A DNA stretch of 59,544 bases, the filler included, from Ionaspis alba (lineage: Eukaryota), in assembly GCA_964255285.1 (NCBI GenBank). It is 4 parts of 4 records of this genome, joined end to end, with 100 filler letters (N's around TTAATTAATTAA, not from the genome) between each part and the next. Parts side by side here need not be neighbours in the genome. Positions count along the whole stretch, not along the records: positions 1 to 14,823 come from CAXUUL010000397.1; positions 14,924 to 29,745 come from CAXUUL010000398.1; 2 more parts are not named here. One strand, 5' to 3'. The position numbers were made by a program, and so were the translations under genes. How positions within the stretch are numbered: position 1 is the stretch's first letter; each line of letters begins with the position of its first letter. Below, in pieces: positions 10,565-22,138 of the stretch. Below the pieces are notes generated by a model, which was given only the letters and a program-made list of their open reading frames with translations, was not told where the DNA came from and ran no database searches.

Positions 10565-11800
10565 CTAACGACCATCGCTGGAATCCTTGAGAGTCATAGT
10601 CTCCTGGCGGCCCCAAATCGCTGCAAATTGCGGGACCTGACGCTTCAGAGAATCCAGCTCCTTCATGCACACATCCTTGACCTCCTTGGCCTGGAGTACT
10701 GCCAATGCAGCCTGATGCCGCTGGTCCAGCAACGCTGGGTCCACCTCTCCCTTTTCGCCCAGTGCCTGCTGGACCACCACCCTCTCAGGTAGCGAAGAGT
10801 GAAGAGCAACGATGACTGGAAAGGAGTATTCGCCGTTGACGAGATCTTCGGCAAGCGCGCCTTTAGCCTTGATCACATCCGAGGAGTAGACATTCTTGCA
10901 ATCGTTCTGCAGATGGCAGTACCAACTATCCACTTCGGTTAGCGACCAGACATCCAATGAGAAGTGCTTCGTAGCGAGAACTTACCCAACGGCGCTCATG
11001 ACTTCGTCTTGATCGTGGTTTCCGAAGACCAACTGCCCCACAAGTCTGAATAGCGCTCCGGTCTTGAGGTAGGCAGAGTGTCTGTAGAGCTTGAGGGCCG
11101 ATTCTTGGTCTGGCATCTGCTGAAACCCATCTCGACGCCAAACAAGAGAGATGTCTTGACCTGCGAGTTCATGTATCAGCATCCATAGACAGATGTAGCC
11201 ATACAGGAATTACTGACCTTCGTGGATTTCCGTCAGATTTTGGAGAATGAATGGGATCATGGCCGGTCTTTGCCTTCGGATGTTCTCAATGACCTCAAAA
11301 ATGCGGAGATAAGCCCGGTTGATCGTCTCGCTGGATCCATAGACTTTGTGTGCTGCGAGCTTTCCTTTTCTGAGAACGCTGTTATCGGCAACATCGTCCA
11401 CCAAGATGGCGCCGAAGTGCACAGCATCCATGATATCCAGTATCAGCTGGTATTGAATGGGATCCTGGGTCTTGAGCTGGGAGTTGAGAACATTGACGAG
11501 CGTGGTGAAGTGGTGTTTGCCGTAGACTTGTAGGATGTATTCGTAAGGACAGTCACAGTCGCCCCGGGCGACCTCCACTGCCAACTGCTCCTTCTCTGAG
11601 CTAGTACGTTCGCGGACAGCTTTGCTGCTGCTCTTCGAAATAGCGGATCCCCATCTCCACGAAAAGCTCAACTTGGGGTTCAGCATGAACGTGGGGAGGG
11701 TGATACCGAGTACGGCCAGGGCGGCGGCGATGGGTACGAGAACAATAGATGGAATAAGATGTACGGAAGTAAACACCGATGAAGCAACGGGGAAGATCAT
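10565..11800 (-). CDS. PaxC/LtmC(IdtC)-type indole prenyltransferase (isoprenyl diphosphate synthase fold) with N-terminal hydrophobic anchor
   Basis: Three exons (introns 11161-11217 and 10926-10985). Motifs CPYEY...[20 protein letters not shown]...[62 protein letters not shown] match IdtC rather than ordinary GGPP synthases. Confidence 0.92.
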
Positions 11801-12819
11801 GATAGCGATGGGAGTCTTGTGGATTCTATGAAGAATAAACCTCTGGATACACGACTTTGTCTTGGTACAACGATTTTGAGCTATCGATAAACGACAAAGG
11901 TTCAACAGATATTATATAGAAAAATGACTATCCACATCAGGCTTACTCTTCCAGCTTGACCAACACGGCTTCTCGGAAACGGAAAAAGGCCCAAGCTGCT
12001 ACTACTGAATCCCCCAGGTCTTATCACACTGTTGCAACGGTTTCGTCAGATATTGTCTAGGCTGTTCAGAGTCATCTGGAGGAGGCGAGGCAGCCATATC
12101 GACGGTGCCTAGACGCCCCCAAAAATGATTCCTTGGCCAGGGGTAAAGAGTAATATTTTGAGCCGTCTCAGTCTGTCCCGCACGCGAGGCTCTGGGATGG
12201 ATGGGTGGAGGCTGATGGTGTGATTATCATTGCCACGAGGAATGTCAGCCAGTCGACCAATACAATCTGACCATTCTTCCTCCATCGTGTTGGTGCCTTT
12301 GCAAAAATAGTGAACGAAGGCCAGGGGAGGGGAGAAGTTGTGGTCAGATCGTGGTCTAGCTGTGTAACGCATGGCAGCTTACAACCATACTAGCCTCTGA
12401 ATCCCTCACCGACAAGCGCCGAATTGATTACAGAACGCAGCCAGCCTTCTTACGCGATCCCATCCCGTCCCCATCAACGGAGGATGCTCCAGCCCACCAA
12501 GTCACATTGGTTGCAGGCATTGTTTGCAGGCCACTGTTGGTTATCTCAATAATGGCTGCATATGATTTGGCTAGCTGTAACCAGCTGCTGACGTCGATAA
12601 GGGCTAAGTTTTGGAATTGGTAAGATAGTACGACCCTGGCCTGGCTGTGCCGAGTCATCTTTTTTTGCTTGCCATGTGCTATCATGCAGGAAGAATTTTA
12701 GTATTATTGTGCGCTGTATCTCCGGGGTTGAGGGAAATTGGAGAAGCCGAAGAAAGATTAGGGAAATCTTGTTTGCGAAACAAAAATAATTGTTGTGATT
12801 CTTTGTCTGAAGACTCAAG
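11801..12819. promoter_or_regulatory. Divergent promoter region IdtC-like/FMO
   Basis: Head-to-head ATGs at 11800(-) and 12820(+). Confidence 0.5.
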
Positions 12820-14823
12820 ATGACTCGTGATAATGTTGCTGAACGGGGTGATACAAGGAGGAATAAAGATGTTCTGGTTATTGGAGCAGGTGAGTCTTGA
12901 TATGGGCTCTTCGTTGGCACAATATCTCTCTAACAACGTCAAGGTCTTCATGGCTTAGTGACAGCCAAAGCTTTGCTCCACGACTCCAATGACTTTTTTG
13001 ATTCCGTCACGATATATGAGAAGAACAACCGCCTCGGAGGCGTCTGGTCTGAAGACCGTATCTACGAAGGCTTGACGACCAACTCTCCTCTGCTCACCTA
13101 CGAAATCCCCGAATTCCCCTATCCCGAGAAGCTTCGATCCGCCGGCGGCCATGTCGCAGCTCAAGATGTCAATCGATACTTCCATGCCTATGCGGAACAA
13201 TTCGGTATTTCAAAGCACGTACAATATCAGACTCTCGTCGAAGCCCTGGAGTGGGAACCAGAGTCTTCAGCGTGGGTCGTGCAGGGCAAAACTCCACGGG
13301 GAGGCTTTCAGAGACATTTTGGCTACATAGTTGTATGTGTGGGTCTGTACCATACTGGTCTCATCCCTCTGGCAGGGTCCCAAACCTCAAGTTATGCCGG
13401 GAACATCTGGCATTCTTCTGAGATGGGTAACAACGACGTGAAGAATACCCTCGCGAACTCTCAGGAGGTGATAGTATCAGGCGCTGGGAAATCTGCCCTT
13501 GATATCTCGACTCTACTGGCGCAGGGGAAGTGGACAAAGCCCAACTGTGATCCTCCGAATGTGACCTTGGTCTACAGGAGACCGCATTGGCTCTCCCCAC
13601 GGAAAATTGTACGCGGAACTGTAGCGTTTGAGAAGCTGCTATTCTCCCGTTTTGTCGTCAGTGCCCTACCACCTTTCTCATGATCGTCCTGCGCTGATGC
13701 CCGTGATTCTTTACAGTCTGCATGGCTACCCTTCGTCCGACATCCCGATGCTTTCCATCGATTGATCGCAGACACATGGTTCGGCAGATGGTCCACGAAC
13801 CAGATCTTCGATGTCATTGCGGATGACTTTGTCAAGTCTCTCAATCAGCAAGATTTACCACAAACTATCCCTAAGCATTCTTTGGCAGTGGCTCTATCCG
13901 GAGCTTTGCACGTGGAGCCTCCAGGGTTTATTGATTGTGTACGTGACGGGCGGATCAAGATCGTTGAAGGCAGCATCGTAGACCTCGAAGGAAAGGTCAT
14001 GAATGTCAAAGGAATTGAAGGAAGTTCAATCACTGTTGAAGCAGACAATATTTTGATGGCCACGGGCTACAAGCTGGTAAGATGCTAGATAATCCGGGTA
14101 TTTTCGTATCTGTGCTTAATGCTTACTCCCCGCTCCAGGCTCTGCCTTTCTTCTCGGACACGACACTTCGAGACTTGGGCCTCCTCAGACCCGAAGAAAA
14201 GATCTCAGACAACACGGATCTGCCCTACATCAGACTCTATCGCGTGATCGCTCCCCCGAGCACAGTCAATCCGTCTGCCAAAGGACCCTATCGCAATATC
14301 GCCTTCAATGGCTTTGCTTATTCCCTTCTTAACCCCACAGTGGCTCATGTTACTGCCAACTGGATATGTGACTACTTCGCCGGGGTCATCGCTAGTCCGG
14401 ATGCAACGCACGTTGAACAAGGTAAGAGTTTATTATCGGAATACTGAGGACCTCGAGCTCGCTAACGATAATTGCAGAAATCAACGATTTTCATGCATGG
14501 CAAGCCAAGTCCTTCGGCCCCCACGGCGCCAAAGGGGTCCATATTGGCCCACATGCCACCTTGTACAGCGATGTGTTACTTGCAGACATGGGTTTACAGT
14601 CCGGTCACGTCCAGGGGAATGTGCTGAATCCTCTTCGATTTTTTTGGGAATGGTTTCGGCCAATGTACCCCAGTGTTTACTCTGGTGTGGCTGCTGATCG
14701 CAGGATTCGAGGTAATGACGAAATCAAGATGTTGAATATGGATGGTTGGGATAGTACCACATTATTGGCGGCCGTGTTTGTTTCCGTGCTATTAGCGATA
14801 CTATTGGGATATTTGTACCTAGG
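12820..14823 (+). CDS. Class B flavin-containing monooxygenase (FMO-like) with C-terminal transmembrane segment; stop codon lost at scaffold end
   Basis: Exons 12820-12889, 12944-13656, 13717-14076, 14139-14421, 14478-14823. VLVIGAG|LHG FAD motif, EK...LGGVW, YAGNIWHSSE (FxGxxxHSxxY-like fingerprint), SGAGKSALD NADPH motif, DNILMATGY, terminal TTLLAAVFVSVLLAILLGYLYL. Confidence 0.9.
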
Positions 14824-14923
14824 NNNNNNNNNNNNNNNNNNNNNNNNNNNNNNNNNNNNNNNNNNNNTTAATTAATTAANNNNNNNNNNNNNNNNNNNNN
14901 NNNNNNNNNNNNNNNNNNNNNNN
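14824..14923. other. Artificial scaffold-joining spacer N44-TTAATTAATTAA-N44
   Basis: Exactly 100 nt with a six-frame-stop 12-mer at 14868-14879; identical to the two other spacers. Confidence 0.97.
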
Positions 14924-15306
14924 CGTAGACCGGACTTGCTACTGGCGCATACGCTCACTGATAGACCAAAGATAGAAATTGGAGTCAGAGCAGGCAACAT
15001 GAACTTGAACAGAGGAAAAGAGTAGTCACATAGTCAAGGCAAAGCAATTCATTGGTCGTAGGATTGTTCTCCAGATCGTAAAGTATCTGTGTATGCAACG
15101 ACACGTATTAGGGTATTCATGAGCGGAAGCAAGCAAAACGCATGAAACTTGTGAGATTGCGTAGCAGGTTTCCAAGATATCTTTGGTGTTACAGCTGAAT
15201 TCTCTATCAGCCCCTAAAGCTAGTATCACAAATCTTAGAAACTACACCCAAAGACCATATCGCCTTGAATATGCAGAATCGAACGCAGTAACCATTACCG
15301 GATCAT

Positions 15307-16347
15307 CTAAACCAGCTCCGACGTAACATTTGAGAATTCGCCTTTCTCGAGCTTCGTCTTCCAGAATATCGGATTCGTATCCTATCATCGACATTAGTAC
15401 AGCAACCAGACTTGGGAAGACAATGCCAAAGCTCACATTGAAACCATGCTTCACCCATCCATCCTCTTTCACGTGGTAGAGGTTGATAAACCCTCCAGAG
15501 TAGGCATCTCTGTGCGTAGCAGCAAGAATACTTCTTCGGCCCAACTCTAATGCAGCCTCCTCGGAAAGATCGTAGTGATATTCTGCATCCAATACACCAT
15601 AGGCGAACGTTTGTCCAGATCCAACACAGAAGAGGTTGCCCGCTAATCTCGTCCCGTCGGAGTCGATGTAGTAGAGCGCCGGACCCTCTTGTGGAGTCAC
15701 TCCTGCGCACATGGTTCCCATGCTCAATCCCATTCCTTTGTATGAGTAGACAAGGTTCGATAGGATCTTAGAGGCCGCCGCGACTGATATCCGGCGCTTA
15801 TGCCTCAACTCGTGTAACCGACATTGCATTCCGAGGTAAGCGAGCCAGTATTGACAGTCCTATCACAGGATATTATCAGCACGGCAAAATGAGGCCGAAG
15901 CAGGGTCAAAGCATCCTACCGCCGCTCCTCCTGCCATGGTTCCCAATAGGCAGTTATTGATTTCGATCACTTTCTTGACTGTCTGACTTGCTATCCAGTT
16001 TCCTGCAGTGGCTCTCGAGTCCGTAGCAACTATAATTCCTCCTTGGAACCGGAATGCCAACGTGGTAGTGCCATGAGCGAGCTTTATGGGACAATTTGGG
16101 TTGGCATGGTCATCTGTAGTGGCTCTGAGAAAGGCGGAAGGCTAGAGTAATAGGTCAGTATTTTTGTACGAGAGCATCTTGAGTTCTGCGATTGGGGTGA
16201 AGTTGAACTAACGCTGGCCAGTGGAGGTAAAGCAAACTTCAAAGAAAGAGGAGGCGTTGCCTGCGATAGCTCTTGTTGCTCATCCCAGGAGTATCCTTCA
16301 TTCTGGAAAGCAGGCCGACTATATTGGGTGACGAGGGAGTTCATCAT
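15307..16347 (-). CDS. PRE2: 20S proteasome subunit beta5 (chymotrypsin-like)
   Basis: Propeptide then [62 protein letters not shown]; last exon [28 protein letters not shown]. Confidence 0.97.
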
Positions 16348-16790
16348 GGAAGGTACAGGTTCGAAGGAGTGACGAGGGCTGGAAGAAAGATTAAGAAGGA
16401 GATGAACTTCTTGGATTCAAAGGATGGTGAGAAGGCACAGTGATTTGATAGAGCTACAAGACGAAGCCTTCGCCAGGTAGCTTCGAGGTGACGCGCCAAC
16501 ACCACAAGGCTGAGAATAAAGCTTACCTAATTCCCGTTAGCGTAGTCCAGTTCGCAATGATGGCGAGAATGATCTTGAGCTTAGTCGTGGACTGTAGTTC
16601 ACTCTTGTCTAGCTCAGTCTTCCACATTCACGATAGACTACTCTATCTTCCAAATACCTCAATACTGATCACTCTACTTACACTCCTTCTAAATTACATT
16701 TGAAGGTTTCTCACAACATCACCAGGTTGACAGGCTGCGCCGTCCCGTATCCAACTCCATATCTTCTCCACGGTTGGACTCTGCACCACG

Positions 16791-18445
16791 ATGCCAGTAT
16801 CAGTGGCGCTGAATACACCGCTCGCTGAACAATTGAGCAATGTCGTACAACCAAAGCTCGTGGAGGTTGGGTGGAGCACTGGTGGCTTGGACGACTCTGC
16901 ACTCGCGGAATACATCATCCTGATGCTCGTGAATGGCAAGACTCAGGACCAAATCGCCTCGGAGTTATCACACGACTTGCTCAATCTCGGTCCAGATGAC
17001 TCTGGAGCAACAGATTTTGCTCGGTGGCTCTTCGAACAAGTAGAGACTCTGAGCAACACCGCATCGGATCATGTACCTGTCGCTCCACAAGCTCAACAGC
17101 CAGAAAATTCGGATCAAAATTCACGAAGAGAACGCAAGCAGTCGAGCGGATCAGGTAGTCAGGATGCAGATATGGGCGAAGCTATGGAAGTCGTGCAGGA
17201 TGGTGTCATGTAAGTATTATGTGCCGACGTGCAAATGATCACAGCGGGCTTATAAATTCTAGTCCAACCGGGCCGAAGTCAATGCGGAACGGAGGTCGCC
17301 CGGCAAACAGAAGAATGATGGGGCAGCTGTCGAAAGCTATGGATCGATCTCAAGACTCAGTACTTCATCGCGTACGGCCTCAGCAGGGTACCGAGCGCAT
17401 CAATATGCACAACAGACAACCACCGAAGGGCCCACGCGGAGATCTATCCCGAGGGAGAATGCCGAATGGCGGGATACCTTCAGGTCCTGCCAACGGAGGT
17501 CCCATGAATAGGGGTCCAGCTGCTGCCATGACGCAGATGACCGCTCAGCAGCAGATGCAATTGCTGGCGATGTACGAACAACAGGCTCGAATCATGTCAG
17601 AGATACTGGGACCACAAGGACAGCAGATGTTTATGCCTGGAATGAATGTTCCTGCGGTCAACCCAGCTTTCCGTAACGGCGTTCCAAACCAGCCTCAGCA
17701 ACAGGGCCGATCGTTATTCGAGCGCACCGAGGTACGACCCCAACGACCGAACCTCAACGGCAACAATCGACGACCGCAACAAAATGGTAATCGGGTCCAC
17801 ACCACTGTCCAAACTGACACGGACATGGGGAACAACGACGTAACCTCCTCTATGGAAGTCGAGAGCTCGCAAGACGCTTCCACAAAACCCCCCTCAGAGA
17901 CTATGTGCAAGTTCAATCTCAAATGCACAAAAGCGGACTGCCCATTCGCCCACCAGTCTCCCGCTGCGCCACCAGGAACAACCATCGATTTCAGTGACCA
18001 CTGTCCCTTTGGTGCTGCTTGTCAGAATAGGAAATGTGTTGCAAGTCATCCATCACCGGGGCAAAAGCAAACGCATCAGTCCGAACAAGACTGCAAGTTC
18101 TTCCCAAACTGCACCAATCCCAAATGTCCATTTCGACATCCCACTATGCCAATGTGTCGGGATGGCGCCGATTGCAAGCGTGAAGGCTGCAAATTCACGC
18201 ATGTCAAGACCAAATGCAAGTTCAATCCCTGTTTGAATCCAAGCTGTCCCTACAAGCATGAAGATGGGCAGAAGAGGGGCGCGTTCACCGATAAGGTCTG
18301 GATTGCTGAAGGTAGTCAAGAGAGGGAGCATGTTAGTGAAAGGAAGTTCGTGGCTGGGGCGGGAGGAGACGAGGAGCTTATCGTGCCAGAGGCACAGGGT
18401 ATGGGCGGTAGTCAATCGAGTATGGGAGCGGAGGTTGTGACATGA
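16791..18445 (+). CDS. NAB2: Nuclear polyadenylated RNA-binding protein Nab2 (PWI-like N-terminus, tandem CCCH zinc fingers)
   Basis: VQPKLVEVGWS...LAEYIILMLVNGK N-terminus; repeated C..CPF.H CCCH fingers; EHVSERKF; intron 17210-17262. Confidence 0.88.
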
Positions 18446-18907
18446 AGAACGGTGCGTTGGTGGAACTGGATCTGTGTTCGCTGGCGGATCCTCTGCGCTG
18501 GTCGGGTATGCGGGGGTTTTACCGATTTTTGGTGTCAGGTCGGGATATGATACCAGATACATTGTATAACATGTCAACGGGAGGGGCATCACAAGGGCGT
18601 TTTGAGTGCTCATATTGCCTGCTGGATGGCACTGGAGGTCATTGATAGGTAGAATAGTTATGGAACTTGGACGTTTGAGCTACGGACTTTACGGCTGTGC
18701 ACATATCCAAGTTCCTGTGGCAGCGTGGGCCCTAGTAGCTGTTTTCCCATCTTCTTATCAGGTTCATAGTATATGTCTCCTATGGTTTGTGACTGCGTAC
18801 AACTTTTCGCTATTATTTGCAATAGATAATTTACGTCAGCGTTCTACCGACTTCCAACCACACCCAGAGCTTCTTGGGTAGCAATATTCTGCCACATCAT
18901 AAAGATA

Positions 18908-20788
18908 ATGAACTTGAAGTGCCAAGCTAGTGTACTGGACAACCTATTGAGGATATGCTACACCCGCCAACATCGCTTCTGTGAATTCCAGAAAAGGACA
19001 TACGCCGCTGTGCCGGTCCCGTCAAAAACAACACACGAGATCAAGGATGTTGCCATCCTCGGCGGTGGGATCACAGGACTAGCAAGTGCATACTACCTCA
19101 GCAATGTGCTCCCAAAGATCAAGATCACGCTCTACGAGAGTGCTCCGCGGTTGGGAGGCTGGCTGCGTTCGACATCAGTTGATGTTGGCAGCGGTAAAGT
19201 AGTCTTTGAGCAAGGCCCTAGGAATCTACGGCCCAGTGTCCCCAATGGAATGGTTACTTTAGAGCTTGTAAGTTCGAGCGCTGCTAGTAATGACGAATTG
19301 CTCATATGAAGTCGTAGTTAAGGCTGTTGGGAATGCAGGCAGAGATATTGATGACCTCTAAAAACTCTGTCGCTGCTCAAAATCGATTTGTCTACTATCC
19401 TGATCATCTAGTTTGCATGCCAGGGCCAAACCGGGCCTGGGAAAACATTAAGACCATTTTGACAGAGCCTGTGCTCAATGGATTTGTTTCTGGTCTCCTG
19501 ATGGAACCTTTCAAGAGCAAGCCTGCAAATCTCCTTGATGAGTCTGTTGGCGATTTCGTCACTCGTCGCTTTGGAGCCTCTTTGGCAGACAATGTTGTAT
19601 CTGCTGTTATGCACGGTATCTACGCAGGCGACATCTATCAATTGAGTGCTAGATCGATACTACCGAGACTGTGGTTGTACGAATCCGTGCATGATTCAGT
19701 AATCGTCGGAGCTTTGTCTGAAACTATGCACGAAGACCCCTTAGAGCCTGCCAAAGATCCAGCTCTGGTGGCCGGGCTAAAATCTCTGATGGCCACCAGC
19801 GAAGGAAAGCCACGCCCTGGATTTGAAATCATCAACGAAGCTTCGAAGTCCAGCGTCTTTACTTTCAAAAAGGGTATTGGAGCGCTCGCTGAAAGGCTCG
19901 AGGAAGCACTAGAACTCAAGCCCAATGTAACTATCAAGAAGAGTACTCCCGTTGAATCATTGAAGCTGGTCTCACGAGGAGAAACATCAAAGGTATGTGT
20001 GGAAAGGATTCTTAAAGTGCCAGAATGCGCTCACGCACTGGTGTCCATAGATTCAAATCAATCCCTCGGAGAAGAATAAGTTCAGTCCTGGCTACCAAGA
20101 ACTACTCTACACGCACGTCATCTCCACCATATCTGGCAAAACCCTAAACAATTTGACACTGCCGGCTCAGAGTCTGGCTCCATTAGCCGTGACACCCTCA
20201 GTCTCAGTCATGGTCGTCAACCTCTACTATAAAAATCCGGATCTCCTCCCAGTCCATGGATTTGGCTATCTCCTTCCCCGCTCTCTCCCGTTAGAGCAGA
20301 ATCCGGAACGAGCCCTCGGCGTTGTGTTTGACTCTGATGCTACTATCGGCCAAGACAACATTCCAGGCACGAAGTTGACCGTCATGCTCGGAGGGCACTG
20401 GTGGGATGGCTGGGACTCCTATCCAGATGAAGATGAGGGCGCTTTCATGGCTCGATCGATCCTGGCACGTCATTTGAAGATCATAGACGAACCGCAGGCG
20501 GTAAGGGTGAGTTTGCAGAAGGAATGTATACCACAATACACAGTCGGTCATACGCAAAGGATGGAGGCAGCCAGCGCTATGTTAGAGGAGCGATTTAATG
20601 GGAGGCTGAGGGTTGCTGGGAACAGTTATACGGGTGTGGGTTTAAACGACTGCATACGAGCTGCCAGGGACGTTGTTGAGGGCCTTCTGACTGGGGTTGG
20701 TAGTACTGGACTGGAGGATTTCGTAGGCGGGGAGAGGTGGATTCGGAATAAGAAGGGGGTCGGTGTGGGAATTAGAAATTCCTTTTAG
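18908..20788 (+). CDS. HEM14: Protoporphyrinogen oxidase (mitochondrial), 3 exons
   Basis: AILGGGITGL, RLGGW, FEQGPRNLR, DESVGDF..RRFG, HGIYAGD...LS, GFGYLLP, CIPQYTVGH, GVGLNDCI. Confidence 0.95.
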
Positions 20789-21143
20789 GCTTGAGTCTGA
20801 CGGATCTAAAATAATACCAATATTTCTGCCACGTCAGAAAGGACAACACCAAGGTTTAAAAATCTTGTGGAAATTATATAAGCAACCATCCTGAGTTGTG
20901 GACGCAAGCCGTCTTTATTGGCTCAGAGTACGTGCCATTGTTGCATTCCCTGATAGAGCTCCGAAAAAATCGTCGTTGCACGTCTACTTCATCCCTCATC
21001 GGAGCCATCATAAACGCCCATAAAATGAATCTATGGTGTCCCTTGGCGCCGCACCGGAGCATCAATGCAGCCCATAGCATCCCTTTCTATTATTCACGTT
21101 GCGCCAAAGAGCCCAAGCACTTTCTCAAACACTCGGACCTTGT

Positions 21144-21788
21144 CTATGTCTCTTTCTCCTTCGGCTCTCCATCTGCATTGAACCCTAGGCTATCCAGTTG
21201 CCGTATGAGCTCATTCATCTTGATGACTTTCTCGAATTGTTCCGGCAGCAGACTATCGCCCTTGTCCTTCTTGTCTCTCAGCTCTCGTGCCTGTCGTAAC
21301 TTCTTTTTCAAATTCCGTGCCATTTTTTCTTTCTCAGCCTCGGGATCCAGCTCCTTCTCTCCGTCTTTAGGAGGATTCCGCCAAGAACCCGTTTCAAGCG
21401 GTCTGGAGACCTCTTTCACTTCCTTTGAGCCGTTGGCAATTGCAACCTCCCCGTCCGTCGGTGGCTTCTCTTCCTCCGCTGCTTTCGCCTTTTTGCGGGC
21501 TTCTCTCCGCTTGGCGTTCTTGTTGTTGGCTTTGCTGTCTCCGTTGGCAGCATCGTCGGTTAGCGATTCCGCACCGGGGACACCACCTGAGCCTCTATTC
21601 TTCCATGACTCGGCGGTGCGGTTCTTGTAGACTTCGACATCCTCTGGTGGTTTGTAGCCTGGCCGAATGCGTATTTCTTTGCGCTTTGTACCATCGGGGC
21701 GGAGAGACGAGGGGATATGTCGTTCGCCGGTGTCTGAGATTATTATTCCGGATTTGGTGCCTTGCGCAGGGACAGGAACTGAGGGCAT
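21144..21788 (-). CDS. Partner of Y14 and Mago (PYM/WIBG, Mago-binding) protein
   Basis: GERHIPSSLRPDGTKRKEIRIRPGYKPPEDVEVYK Mago-bind motif; C-terminal ARNLKKKLRQ...LLPEQFEKV. Confidence 0.9.
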   Translation of the reverse strand: MPSVPVPAQGTKSGIIISDTGERHIPSSLRPDGTKRKEIRIRPGYKPPEDVEVYKNRTAESWKNRGSGGVPGAESLTDDAANGDSKANNKNAKRREARKKAKAAEEEKPPTDGEVAIANGSKEVKEVSRPLETGSWRNPPKDGEKELDPEAEKEKMARNLKKKLRQARELRDKKDKGDSLLPEQFEKVIKMNELIRQLDSLGFNADGEPKEKET

Positions 21789-22138
21789 GGTGAATCGTTG
21801 ATTGATTTTGACTATTCGTTTGCTGGGACGCGAAGAGAGCTTCCTGCCATAGATAGAAATATACAACGACTGTGCCGATCTGGCTTTTCAACTGTAGCGA
21901 TCAATCATCAGATATAGGGCCAAAGCGTGGGAAGACGCTGTTGGTGTTGATATTTTTGACTCAATCCAAATAATGGATCACCATTTAGCGGCGGAAGTTC
22001 GCCCGGACGCACTGACCAATCAACAGTGAGCGTCGGTCAGAAGCTTCAAACAGACCTCCAAATTCCAATCCCCCCTCTTTGAACCACAGTCGTCTTAACC
22101 CTAATTACTCTCTGCGCGCTCTTCTACTATTCGTAAAA

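Larger units (their letters stand above)
1..14823. other. Putative indole-terpenoid biosynthetic gene cluster (partial; fills the whole first scaffold)
   Basis: Adjacent IdtC-like prenyltransferase and IdtB-like cyclase together with a monooxygenase, SDR, GST, MFS exporter, Pth11-like protein and GNAT; no housekeeping gene interspersed. Confidence 0.8.

Noticed and set aside
10565..11800. Calling this gene an ordinary GGPP synthase (idtG)
   Set aside because: [21 protein letters not shown] and YGKHH are IdtC-type motifs; the GQG.D..W and QI.DDY.N motifs of GGPP synthases are absent.
14868..14879. TTAATTAATTAA palindrome as a biological repeat or transposon target site
   Set aside because: Always centred in exactly 44+44 N and gives stops in all six frames; a standard assembly linker.
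15307..16347. Proteasome beta5 gene right next to the cluster as a self-resistance gene (as with proteasome subunit genes in proteasome-inhibitor clusters)
   Set aside because: It lies across an artificial spacer on a different scaffold, sits among housekeeping genes, and has a normal [14 protein letters not shown] active-site region.
20896..21630. 244-aa plus-strand ORF
   Set aside because: Antisense shadow of the PYM gene.
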